A DNA stretch of 64,000 nucleotides from Macrostomum lignano (Eukaryota), in contig NIVC01002256.1 of NCBI GenBank assembly GCA_002269645.1, positions 221,009-285,008 of the forward strand, written 5' to 3'. A program made the position numbers and the translations under genes. This document shows positions 30,001 through 41,891 of the stretch, piece by piece. The first letter of the stretch is position 1; each line of letters opens with the position of its first letter. The notes beneath the pieces are model-generated. The model was given only the letters and a program-made list of their open reading frames with translations. It searched no databases and was not told the DNA's origin.

Positions 30001-31525
30001 GATTTTTATACCTTACACGAAATAAGCTCTACATTCATTTCTTAGCTTGGGGCCCATCTGTATAAGGTCAGTTTCTTCAAAATGCTGATTAATTAATTAA
30101 GGCCTGTTGTCTTTACTTAAATTTATAAGGGCATCTTAGAAGTTAATATTACTATATAATACATGTATAATATTATTACTATATTATAATAATATAGTTG
30201 CAATTTTAATGACTATTGAATAAGTCTAAATGCTTCCCCTATTGACTCTAAATACATGGTATCTTTCCCTTCAGAAAAAATTAGCATAGAATGACTTGAT
30301 GAAAACAAAAAAAATCATTTCGAGATACACATTTGCTGATCATTCAGGTCAAATTTCAAGGTCCAGTTTTGCACATGTTTCTCTGTAGCTTGGTTACAAG
30401 GATTCTAATAAAAATATAATAAATATGTCCAATGAACTAACTGATACATAGCCAAATTGAAGTATTTTCAAAAACAAAAAAAATCATTTGCTCAGTTTAC
30501 TTTACTGGATATCTGTGTAAAATTTCAGCTCAAAAGGTGCTCCATGGAGAATGCTAGTGTGGTTACAGGATATGTATTTTGTGCTTCAAAGTAGGAGTTT
30601 ATTGCGATGCATGGTTGCTTTTAATTATTTTTATCAACAATAGTGCTCTATTTCATAACAATTTTTTACAAAAAGATAATAAGACATGTTTTTCTAATTA
30701 TCTGCATCAAAATGTATCATTTTAAGCGCACATTCTAGACGTCAGCTGAAAAATACATTTTGTGAGACGCAAAGAGGCTATCCCACCGGAAATGCTAGGC
30801 GCACAGTTAAGCGTCTATAAAATCATTTATAGTGCAGTTTATTAAGCTTTAAAAAAAATCTTAAATTAAATTTATATAAGCTTTCATTTTAAATGTAATA
30901 TAGCAAGTTTTCAACACAACAACAACTTTTTTAGCTACAGACATCATAGTGTCAAAAATTAGGACATCGGTGAAGTGATTGAATTTGAATTTTTTCATCA
31001 CCTAATATCGCCTAATACCGCAAGACAACTTAAAACACTTTTGCAACATAAATTTCAACCCAAAAATTATCTTTATTCACAGATGAAAGTGTCCTATTAT
31101 TTTCAATACGGCAGTAACAATAGTAAATGTTCCGAAAATTGTTAAAATTTTCGCTCCTCCCAGAATTTGAGAACGACCCTCCGGATTATACTTTGCTAAA
31201 AATTCAAATTATAAACAATTACTAGGCCAGGACCTAAAGCAATTTACCTTGGCTTAAATTATACGTCATAAATACAAAAAAGAGTTTTTGCATAAAAAGG
31301 CAATTAAATCTTTACTTCTCTAAAACTAATGGCCAAGCAAAGTTATGTTGTTATACTGCACTTAAACCATAAGTACTAAATTATTCCCACCGTCCTACGG
31401 CATATGTAGAAGATAGGGCAGCTATCTCGTCAGTGTGCTGTGCGGATAAGCAGAAAATTATCCCCACAGTACCGTTGGAATAAGACAGAAATTATTCCTA
31501 CGGTACCGTGGGAATAAGCACTGCC
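27056..31525. mobile_element. Non-autonomous Mutator/MULE-like DNA transposon, ~4.47 kb
   Basis: TIRs of ~130 bp (27056-27186 and 31395-31525) with only a few mismatches. GGC..GCC termini. Exact 9-bp direct repeat TTTTAAAAT at 27047-27055 and 31526-31534. No transposase ORF seen inside. Confidence 0.85.
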
Positions 31526-33339
31526 TTTTAAAATTGGCATTATTTGATTGCCTGTCTGGAATATAAATTATGCATTATCTTTTTTAGCTAGAGAATTCTT
31601 CTTATAAATTCATAATTGCCTTTTAATTTTACTCTTAAGCTGAGGCAGGCTGCTAGTGTTACTGCTAGGCCTATTACTACTATTAGTAAAGTATTAAAGT
31701 TGCCTAATAGTATTATTATTATTAGACATGAAGGTATAATATTTATTTTATTATGACATTAGGCTTTAAAGTTTAAATTAGGGTATTAAGCCTAAGTATT
31801 TTAGATATATCTATCAAGTGCTTTGTAAAAGTTTAGTAAAGGCTTTAGTCTTTAGAATTTAGAACTTTTCTAACAATACAATAGTGCATAATATTCTATT
31901 GTAGGCCTATCCTTACATTTAATTATTTGCTTTGAAATTTTAGTTACTATTTAGTTTATTGATAAATACTATAATAGATTTAATAGAAAGATTAATTAAG
32001 TTTAACAGATAAATTGATAATTATCAACTAGTAAAACTGGTAAATGGAAATCTTAGGCCTATAAATAAAGAGTTGTGCAATAAAACAGCAATAAAAATGT
32101 TGTGGATATAGGTAAATAGGCAGACATGGTTTTAAGTGTATTTACCAATAATGTTTTTGAGTAAATGAGTCTACTGCATTTGATTTGCACTGACTCTATA
32201 GTCAGGAAGATAGCCTTTTTCATGGAAAATTTAGGAGTAAAAAGGGGTTAGATATGCACTGTGCCAGCACAATATGGCACAAGAAAAAAAATTGCACTTT
32301 TTGTGCAAGACAAAATCTTATGACCAGACAATATTTTCTCTAATAGAAAATTAGCATGTAATTTATTTTTATTGGCATTTTTTGTTTGCCAGTGTATTGA
32401 GAGCTTTTTTAATTAATTTATGTAAACTTAGCATTTTCCATGAAAGAGATTCAAATACAAGTTTTATTAGTATTTTTCAAATGGCAAATTATTGATTTTT
32501 GCATTTTTTTCAAAAAGTTATAGTACATGTAGTGCAATCAAACTTTTTTGATAGGATTTGTTCTGGCATAGGCATGCTATGATCTTGACTATGGCACTGA
32601 CTGGCAATGGCCATTGACTAAGTCTACCTATCTAGTAGGCAGTCACAAGCATTTTATCTATTGTCTTTTCATTTCTTGATATAAAAATATATACTTTATA
32701 ACAAAAGAAATTAATTTTAGTTCCATCCATATACTAAAAATAGTCCATTGATATCTATCTAAGTAAGGTAGGTAGATATATTATTAATTAGAAAAAAATG
32801 GCTTAACCAGTTTTCTCCAAACTTGCACTATTCAATTAGATTTTTTTCTGTAATGGTACATTGATTGTGGCTAAGAAATTGCTCAATGTTAAAGGGATTA
32901 AATATTCAAAAACATGCTTTTTGCAACTTTTCAAGCAAGGTCAAGCAACTTTTCAACTTTATTGTATTGTAAGAATACTAAAGAAAAAACTGACTGGCCA
33001 AATTCTAATTGCGATAAAGGTTGCATTATACTAGTCTTTTTATTGTCTGTGTACTGACTGAATTTTTACTCTGAATTGAATTGTGTCAATGTTGAAAAGA
33101 CACAACAGTGTAGAAGCATAGCATAAGACTTGATTTAGATCACATTATTAATTGACAACTTTACTTGAAACTGATTTGGTATAAGTGTCAAATTATAAAT
33201 GCTGCAATTCGTTTAATAAATTCAACAAGAGCTAGCCTAGATGTGAACAAATTGAAATGCTAATGCAAAAACCTAGGTTCAAATCTTACTGATGTAAATT
33301 TTTTATTAAAAGCTTTTCTTAAAGAATTTATTGAAAACA

Positions 33340-34130
33340 ATGATTATTGCACTTGATGAGAAATGGATTGTTACACTAGCTGAGACATGGATTATTGCCA
33401 TTGATGTATAAAGGATTACTGCACTTTGAGTTGATAAGACAATGATTATTGCACTTTATGAGTAAAGGATTATTGCACTTGATGAGACATTGATTATTGC
33501 ACTTTATGAGTAAAGGATTATTGCACTAGCTAAGTCATGAATTGTTACATTTGATGAGCAAATGATTATTGCACTTGCTGAGATATCAATTATTGCATTT
33601 AATAAGACAATGATTATTGCACTAGATAAGTAAAATATTATTGCACTAGATAGAAAAAAATTATTACACTGTACTGACTGGAAAAAAACTATTGCATTAG
33701 CTAAGACATATATTATTAAATTACCTGAGAAAGTGATTATTGCATTAGCCAAGGAAATAGTTGCACTAGCTATCTGGTAGGTGCTTGCTATCTGGTAGGT
33801 ACTTGCTATCTGGTAGATATTTGCTATCTAGAGGATGCTTGATATTTGGGGGTTGCTTGCTATTTTATTTGCGGTGAGGGTACTTCTTATTGTATTTGGA
33901 TAGGAGGATGCTTGCTATCAAAGTATGCTTGCTATCTGGGCATGCTTGCTTTTGGGGGTGCTTACTATTAGGGGATGCTTGATATTGGGGAGACACGAGG
34001 CTTGCTCTTGGGGAGAGGGGATACTTGCTAATCTGGGGAATGTTTGCTATCTAGGAGGATGCTTGCTATCTAGGTTAATTTCTATCTGGGGGATGCTTGC
34101 TGTCTTGGGGATGTTTTCTATTTAGGGGAA
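33340..34130. repeat. Two adjacent old, degenerate tandem arrays (GATTATTGCACT core, then ATGCTTGCTATCTGG core)
   Basis: Recurrent cores at irregular spacing; the switch is at ~33770. Confidence 0.75.
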
Positions 34131-37100
34131 AGGCTTTCTATTTTTGTGAAGGCCTAATATTGTTGTCTTGTTATTTTTATTAAATAAGGTGATTTATAAA
34201 ACTGAAGAAATAACTTTAATTGTTCTTAAGAAAATGTTCTTTTAAATAGACTTGCATGAAAATTTTTTGATTCTTGCTTATTGGGTGGCCCAAAGGGGGC
34301 ACTAGATTGCTAGTAATTCTATGGCTTACTTTTCATAACACAATTTATGAGTTATACAAAAATTTATAGTTATATATCATTTTTATATGTAGTTTTATTT
34401 GTCACATATTTTAGACAAATGGGATAGCCCATTGTATAATATTTAAATATCAGGAAAAGTGGTTGTTGCAGTTTAGGCTATTAGTTTATTATTGCTATGC
34501 TTTGTAGATTTACTAGGTTTAGTTGGTAGGTCATTGCCACTAATCACTAACATCCTAGTATGTTAGTGATTAAAGAACTGTCAAGACACCAATGTAGTAT
34601 TTTTAATTCAACACAAACTTTTAAAAGAAAGAAAAGAAACATTATGATACAAAAGAGTGGTTTGTTACATTAATTCCCCTTTTACCTTAAATTTTTCTAA
34701 GTGCTTGGGCAAGACTCCTAGTGAGAGGCAAGATTCCTCTTTGTGCATTCTAACTCTATTCCCCTACCCCCTTTACCTTTAACTTCCTTAAATTCTGAGT
34801 TGAGTTGCAGAATGTAGCATAGGTGTTCAGGTAGGCTTTGTTTTCCCAGGAGCCCAACTGTTCTATATTAGTAAAGAGCCCAAAAATTTGTGGTTTACCA
34901 CTGCCATAATTACCTTCATAAATAAATAAATAAATAATATATAAATAAAAGCATATTTATCCTGTGTCTAGATTCTGCCCCTAAACTATGCCCTCCTACA
35001 TATCTAATAAGAAGACCATTTTAATTTTAACCAATCTTCTAGTTCCCAGTGAGCGGAGCGAACGCGCGAGGCACAAAGTGCCGAGCATGAGGAACAAACA
35101 GCCAGCCAATGCGCGAAGCGCATTGGGTGGTCTGGCTTGTGACGAATATAATAATATGAGACGTGTGCATCGAAAAAATGACAAGAAAAATCTCACAAAA
35201 ACTGCTGTAACTTCAAAACTACAAGTGCGAATTTCACAAGTGAGGTGTCATTTTAAAGAGAAGAATCTGATCTATTTAACGAGTATAGTTTTGTATGGAT
35301 TCACTGCGGAGAAAAGGAACAGGCTTCAGTTGAAATGTTTGTCTTAAGATTATGTCTTTACAAAAGTGCATTTCCTCATGCACATTAAAACTCGAGCTAA
35401 AAATGTTCGAGGGTTATAGGTGCGCCTTACTAAGATGCATAACATTATTGGGTTGTTTTTTTCAATTGTATCAAAAAGTTGGCACTTTGGTTGCAAAAAA
35501 TGCAAAAATTGAAAATGTACTTTTACAGTTTTTTGCATTTTTTTCTATACTGCTAATAGTTAAGCATACATACTATGCACCAATTGATGCGCAATTCAAA
35601 GATACACAAGTGTGGAAGTTTTCAATTCTTAAACATTTGAAATCAGAAAGTTATCGATGAAAGACTAAAAATCATGATCTCAAACTGATTTGAGGAAAAG
35701 TGCTCATTATAATTTTTGGAATATGGAAGAAACAATTCAACGCCGTCATCTAATTCCAAACTAACTGTACTTTAAGGTACTGCGATGATTTTTTTATTGA
35801 AAGAGCGAAACCTGTTTAAATATTTGAAAAATGGAAAAAAAGTACATTTTTTCATAGAAATACACTCTTTTGACTGCTTAATCCGATTTCCAACAACAAA
35901 ATAGTTGCTTTCCTGCTGGTGCAAACCGTTATTACAGTGAATTTTCAAAATTGCATACTGTGCCAAAAGTAAACTGAAGCTTAATATTTATAAACATTAG
36001 AAACGGGACCACTAATGGGTATTTTACTTTGGTTACTTACTATGGACTAAACTGGCACTGGCAGAGACAGATTTGAGAGAAACTAATTGCTCCATTGTAT
36101 TTGTATTTGGCTCCAGCGTTACAAATTACAATAGCTATTTCGGGGTCTAACCGGCTAAGTTATCAAAAAAGCTAGATACCAATCACCAGTTTCATCATCA
36201 GCTATACCTACCACGATTTTATAGTCACATGCAACAGTAATACCCTCCTTTAAAAGTTTTCAATATCTAAAATGATGTGTTAAATTTTATAAAATTTCAT
36301 AAACAGTGAAATTTTAGCTGTTTACGTGCTGGTGGTTTGAACGTAGCTACTTTGTGCGAAAATACACTGTCATTAATACCGTACCTATTATTGTATTTAT
36401 TGTATTGAAAGTTGATGTGTAAATTGTACTTTTCTATTTTTTTGTCATTCGTTATCGCACTCGGGCCGGCCTGCCTGCCTTGTGGGGTGTGGTGGCCTTG
36501 GCCACTTTCTCCCCCTTCTGCTAGGATCCAAAGCAAGCTTTCAAGTGTACATTTAATATTATCGATCGATTATTTAAAACAAGCCTCTAGTGGCTGGTGT
36601 TGAGAGTGAGTGGCCTTGAGTGTACGCGAAAGCAAGAGGAAGCCCATGGGCGGACTATATGAACCTTCCTTTAGTGGAAAGTTGGGCCTTGTGCATTGGA
36701 TAGTGTACGCTACACAAGACAGAAGGTAAAGAAAAAGAGAACGACAGGCTAGCCAATAGCGATAGCATGTGCTTCTTTCTCTCCAGTCCACTATGGTAGG
36801 GGGGGGAGGGGGGTGTCAGACGGCCCAACTCTAACCCCCATACCCAAAACAGCGTACATGTAGAATAAGAAGGGATTGGGTCCAGATAAGTCTTCCCAAA
36901 TGTACATGTATGTACAAAGACAAACACAGACAAGAAAAATGGCTCTAAAAACCATTGTTATTGTTACACTGTGTGTCTATTTTTATTAACTTGACTTTGA
37001 CTTGTCTTTACTCTAGCATGGTCAAGGTCTCAAGGATAATTACTGTTACTTCATACCAAATTTACAATTAATTGCATAAGATTAAGAAGGAATAATACAA

Positions 37101-37315
37101 TCGAGGTCGAACCCATGATCACTTGACCCACCCACCCATGATCACTTCTGATTCTGACCTACATGTATCTACTATATCCTGCCAGTTTCTCCAGTTTTAT
37201 GGGTCTTGGTGTCGGTGATTCGAGCAATTCCATTACATTTTATCGGTGCAGTGCGTCTATTAATGCTTAGCTACTTGTATATGTGTTGCAGAACTTATGC
37301 TCGTAGTTTCCCTTC

Positions 37316-38093
37316 TAGGGATGTTGACCCCGGGAGTGCTCCCCGGGGAGCTTGTCGGGGAATACTCTCCGGGGAATTTAACCGGGGACCCTGGGGAGAA
37401 AAAATATGAAAAAATGCATTTGTAACTTAATTTTTGCCATTAAAATAAGAAACTGATTCACAGAAAGCTGATTGAAACTCTGTCTATGCTCTTTTACCGC
37501 ATAATTGCTTATTTCAATGCATTACATGTATTTGAAACACAACACACGTTTGATTGTTTTTTCACTAATAAGTCATTCAATCAAGCAAATTGCACGTAGA
37601 AAAGAAACCCGTCAGGAAAAAGAAGCCTTACTGACTAGTGACTGCTGTGTTGGTCTGCGTTGACGGCTTGACGCAGGCGCAGCGCTGCGTCATGCGTCAG
37701 GCACTGACGCATAGGGGGGTGTCATACATATACTCCCTATTAGACAAGGACAAAATGGTGATTTACATATATATGCAAGAAATAAAATTCCGATTATAAA
37801 AACAGTCTCATTCATTAATTATCCTCTCACGAGCGTAGCTGTTTAGCATGCATTCCAACAAATGCACTTTTCCGATAAAGGTGCGCGCACGATTTCGTGA
37901 TGCCACATTGTCAAATACAGTTTAAAAAACATTGTTTAAAATTTTTACCCCTGCGCCTTGAACATGTAGTACAAAGCTTAAATCAAAGTTTAAAAAATTC
38001 CACTTACAATTTAAGTGCTCCGCCGTTTTTACTTATTTTTTCTTTCACCGGGGTCCCCGATAAGATAATTCCCTGGGGAATCGACATCCCTAA
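37316..38093. mobile_element. hAT-like MITE, ~780 bp
   Basis: Termini TAGGGATG..CATCCCTA(A). Degenerate inverted subterminal blocks (CCGGGGACCC / GGGTCCCCG). The 8-bp direct repeat TTCCCTTC lies at 37308-37315 and 38094-38101, with a one-base offset at the right end. Confidence 0.65.
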
Positions 38094-39017
38094 TTCCCTT
38101 CCTATAAATCATTTGACGTTAGAGACATTTTACAACTCTCGCCCTACTTTATCTATTAGGCTAACTTTATGTATGACACGACGCAAAATATTAGGAGCAT
38201 CAGCGTTAATAATGCCTTGAAAGTCTTTAAATAATCGATACAACACTAGGTATTATAAAATTCCAACCCCAAAGCTCACTGGGGCGAAAAGACTTTGTCT
38301 TCATTAACTAGTCCATAAAAACTCAATGTCCTTAATTGGATGATTTATTGTTTATAATTTATCTGTTAGGCTTATATTTAATAGATGATTGACAGATAGC
38401 CAGGTTAATAAAAATATAAACAAAAAATTATGGTAACTATTTTTTTGGATATGCATTTCTAATAACATTAGTTGCTAGTTATCACTAATATTAAAAAAGA
38501 GTTTATCTATTGCTATCTCATTCTAATATCATAATGCTAATGTTGTATCAAATATTTTGTGGCAGACAAAAAAGTGGCAGATGAACTGACAGACATCAAC
38601 CATAAGTCTTATATGTACCCCATATTGACTAACCACTGACTAAGTCGACCTATCCTCACCCAACTCTCAGACTTGGTGCCATAGAAATTTTCTAGCTTTA
38701 AAGCTTTTTTAAGAGAAACTCGAGTCTATTGGGTTATAGACTTAACCAATAGACATGTATGCTACCATATGCATATTGTGTACTTCCATATTGGAATAAG
38801 TTTGAAAAATCTATAGGCATGCAGCATAGACCACAAAAATAGCCCAAAAGTGCAACAAATTAATAGAAGCATTAAAATACACTGCATAAAAGCATAACAC
38901 AAACACTGAAGATGAAATGAAAAGTGTTTCGATGAGGGCCTATGTTATTTTACTTCTTAAATTATTTTATAATAACTCATTTGCTGAAAAAGCCATAATG
39001 TGGCACAGCCCACACAC

Positions 39018-39146
39018 ATGAATCACTCCCCATCATCTGCCCCGCAGGTGGACACATCGGCAGAGCCGCCTGAGTGCCTGCCGGCGCTAGTGCTAGCTGA
39101 TCACAATCGAGTCCCACCTTGGGACCCTGATCCGTTTGGCACTTGA
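39018..39146 (+). promoter_or_regulatory. Candidate regulatory upstream ORF (uCC-like) with PPW motif, 5' of the ODC-like gene
   Basis: Reads MNHSPSSAPQVDTSAEPPECLPALVLADHNRVPPWDPDPFGT*, with PPWDP at 39114-39128 and the stop at 39144-39146, 185 nt before the main ATG. A CAG acceptor at 39045-39047 could instead join it to an upstream exon. Confidence 0.7.
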
Positions 39147-39330
39147 ACTCTGGATTGTTGACTTTTTTCTGTTTTTTTAGTGTTTCCTCTTAAATATTTT
39201 ATTGCCTCCATTGTCTGTCGCAATCAATCAGATTTAATTTTTTATACGCATCATATACATGTCATACTACTAACAAAGACTTGATTTAGATCAGCAGCAA
39301 GTCTAGCGTTGTTTTTGTGTTATTTGCCTG

Positions 39331-41891
39331 ATGAGAGAATCGCAACTGGAGCATCAGCAGCCTCAGCAGCAGCACCTGCTCTCAGCCCCAACACCGGCAG
39401 TTTGTCCACCAATTGGCTGCGCTCTGGCGCCTCACCTGCCCAATCTTGAGCAATGCGATCAGCCGGTTGTGGCCTGCGACTTGGCCAGCGCCCAGCGCTG
39501 TCTGGCCGACTGGTGCAGCCGGTTTCCTGGCGTGCACGCGTCAACCAGCGCCCAGACTCTGGGCAGCCGGCCACTGACCCACGTGTTGGCTCTCAGCGGC
39601 CGCGTGTCCTTTCGGGCCTACTCTAAGGTGAGGCTGACGGTTAAAATAACCTGTCTTTGACCTTATTTGCTATAGTAATAATAGTAGTAATTGAAGCAAT
39701 TCAGAGTTAAGTGTCTTGCTCAAAGACACACAAATATTATTCCGAGTTGACCCGACGTGTACTTCGCCCACGTTACTTGACCTTAATTGCCCAAATTGAC
39801 CTTTATTGTCCCAATCGACCATAATTGTCCCAATTGACCTTGACCATAATTGTCCCACTTGACCTTGACCATAATTGTCCCACTTGACCTTCAATTGTCC
39901 CAATTGACCTTCAATTGTCCCAATTGACCTTCAATTGTCCCAATTGACCTTCAATTGTCCCAATTGACCTTCAATTGTCCCAATTGACCTTCAATTGTCC
40001 CAATTGACCTTCAATTGTCCCAATTGACCTTCAATTGTCCCAATTGACCTTGATTGAGCAGTCCGACCTGAACGCTGCTGTCTCCGCCGGAGTCCCGGGC
40101 CACGCCATCCTGCTGGCCAACCCGTGCAAAACTCGCGGCCTGGCCAGGCACGCCCGTCGCCTTGGCGTCGGCGTCACCGTATTCGACTCGGAGCCGGAGC
40201 TGGCCCGCCTAGCCGCGGCTTGGCCGGACGTCGAGCTGCTGCTTCTGCTGGCCGCATCGCCCCGCTGCCACCGGCTGGGCGCCCGGCCCGAAGAGGCGCC
40301 CCGCCTGCTGGCCGCCGCCAGACGCCACGGACTGCGAGTTGCCGGCGTAGCCGTCTGGTTCGGCGACGACAACGAATGCGAGGGCGACGGTGGCGGCGAG
40401 GTCAACTCCGACGTCGACGCCGAGTGGGCTGCTGCCGCGTCGACCGCCTGCGGTACTCTGGCCTTGGCCAGGCGTCTCGGCCATGCCAATGCCAATGTTG
40501 TCGACCTCGGATGTCTGTCCACCGGCGCCTTGGCCGGGCGGGCCCTGCCGGCCTTTGCGAACGCTGCCGGTGAGGCTTTTTATATTTTCCATTATAGTAA
40601 GAGAGTTATTTTTATACGTCAAAATTAGAATTCTTATATAATGCTACTGTAGAATTATTGTAACTACTCGTATTTTGCCTAACTTTATTAAAAACAAATG
40701 TTGGTTTGCGGCATAATTTTTTGAGAGTAAAATGAGTGTGATTCTGAATAATGCGATTTTTATGAAATCACCAATTAAAATTAACAGGCTATTAATATAA
40801 AAAAGCTGTAAATACTACGCTTGCTACAGCGTCACAACAATAATACAGGGTATTTCTTTGCAAACATTTAAGCCTTTAAAACCATTCTTAGAAACGAAGT
40901 AATTTTTATAACGTTTTTCGAGCGGTTTCTCTCAAAATGCCTGCCTTAATAGGTATTGGAAACGGTGGCTGTCAGCCTCGTCTACTCTGCGACCTGACTC
41001 CGGCGTTGCTAGCCGAATCCGTTGTCATGGCAACCAGGGTGTTGGCTAAAGCGGCGGCCGAGCAGCCAGGCTGTGGCGGCTACAGCTACCGGCTCAGCGG
41101 CCCGGGCCTCGGCGGCCAACTTTGCGGCCTCTTCAGCCGTGAGGGCGAGGGCGGCGGCTGCAGCGGCAGCAGAGACGGCGTGCCAAGCCGACTGGCCGAC
41201 TGCGGCGGCGACCCGTTGAACCTCGTGCTGCCAGAGCTCAGCGTCGGTGACTGGTTGCTATGGCGCGGCCTGAGGGCCTGTCCGACCGCTGCCAGGCTGA
41301 TGCACTGGTGAGCCGTGGCAGTTTTTTAATTCTAAGAGTGGCTTCGAATTCGGCTTTTCTTCCTGGAAATTTACATGTGCTGTCTTGAACTTTGCTAGAA
41401 CTTTTTTACTTAGAACTTTAGAATTTCCCTTCGAACTTTAGGAGTTCATTCTTGAGATATCCCTTCCAACTTTAAAGTTCATTCTTGGGATTTCCCTTCC
41501 AACTTTAAAGTTCATTCTTGGGATTTCCCTTCCAACTTTAAAGTTCATTCTTGGGATTTCCCTTCCAACTTTAAAGTTCATTCTTTGAATTTCCCTTTCA
41601 ACTTTAAAGTTCATTCTTGGGATTTCCCTTGAACTTTAAAGTTCGCTCTTGGGATTTCCCTTCCAACTTGAAAGTTTATTATTGAGATTTCCCTTCTAAC
41701 TTTAAAGTTTATTCTTTAAATTTAAAATTTATATATTGGATTTTTTAGTATTCCCCTATCGATACTGTTAACTTCGCGATGTTCAAATTCTATTTTCAAT
41801 TTCCCTAATCGTTTGCAGCCTCTTCACCGGCGAGCTGATGGAGACAAAGCCCGCAGCTTGTCTGGATGAGGAGCCGCTGCCGGCTGCTTAA
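39331..41891 (+). CDS. Ornithine-decarboxylase-fold protein lacking catalytic residues (antizyme-inhibitor-like), ~410 aa
   Basis: Exons 39331-39627, 40062-40569, 40953-41307 and 41819-41891; phases 0,1,2; open frame. ODC-family motifs include VVACDL..DW..RFPGV, GVPGHAILLANPCK, GVGVTVFDSEPELARL, LRVAGV, VVDLG and LPELSVGDWLLW. Confidence 0.88.
39780..40050. repeat. Tandem array, 20 bp unit (CAATTGTCCCAATTGACCTT), in ODC-like intron 1
   Basis: Ends ~10 nt before the AG at 40060-40061. Confidence 0.95.
41440..41710. repeat. Tandem array, 33 bp unit (GGGATTTCCCTTCCAACTTTAAAGTTCATTCTT), in ODC-like intron 3
   Basis: About 8 copies; the unit contains the 12-bp palindrome AACTTTAAAGTT. Confidence 0.92.

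Noticed and set aside
34990-35970. GCGCGAAGCGC / GAGCGGAGCGAA motif block suggestive of a Helitron-like or other non-autonomous element
   Set aside because: No termini, TSD or coding homology could be established, so it was left unannotated.
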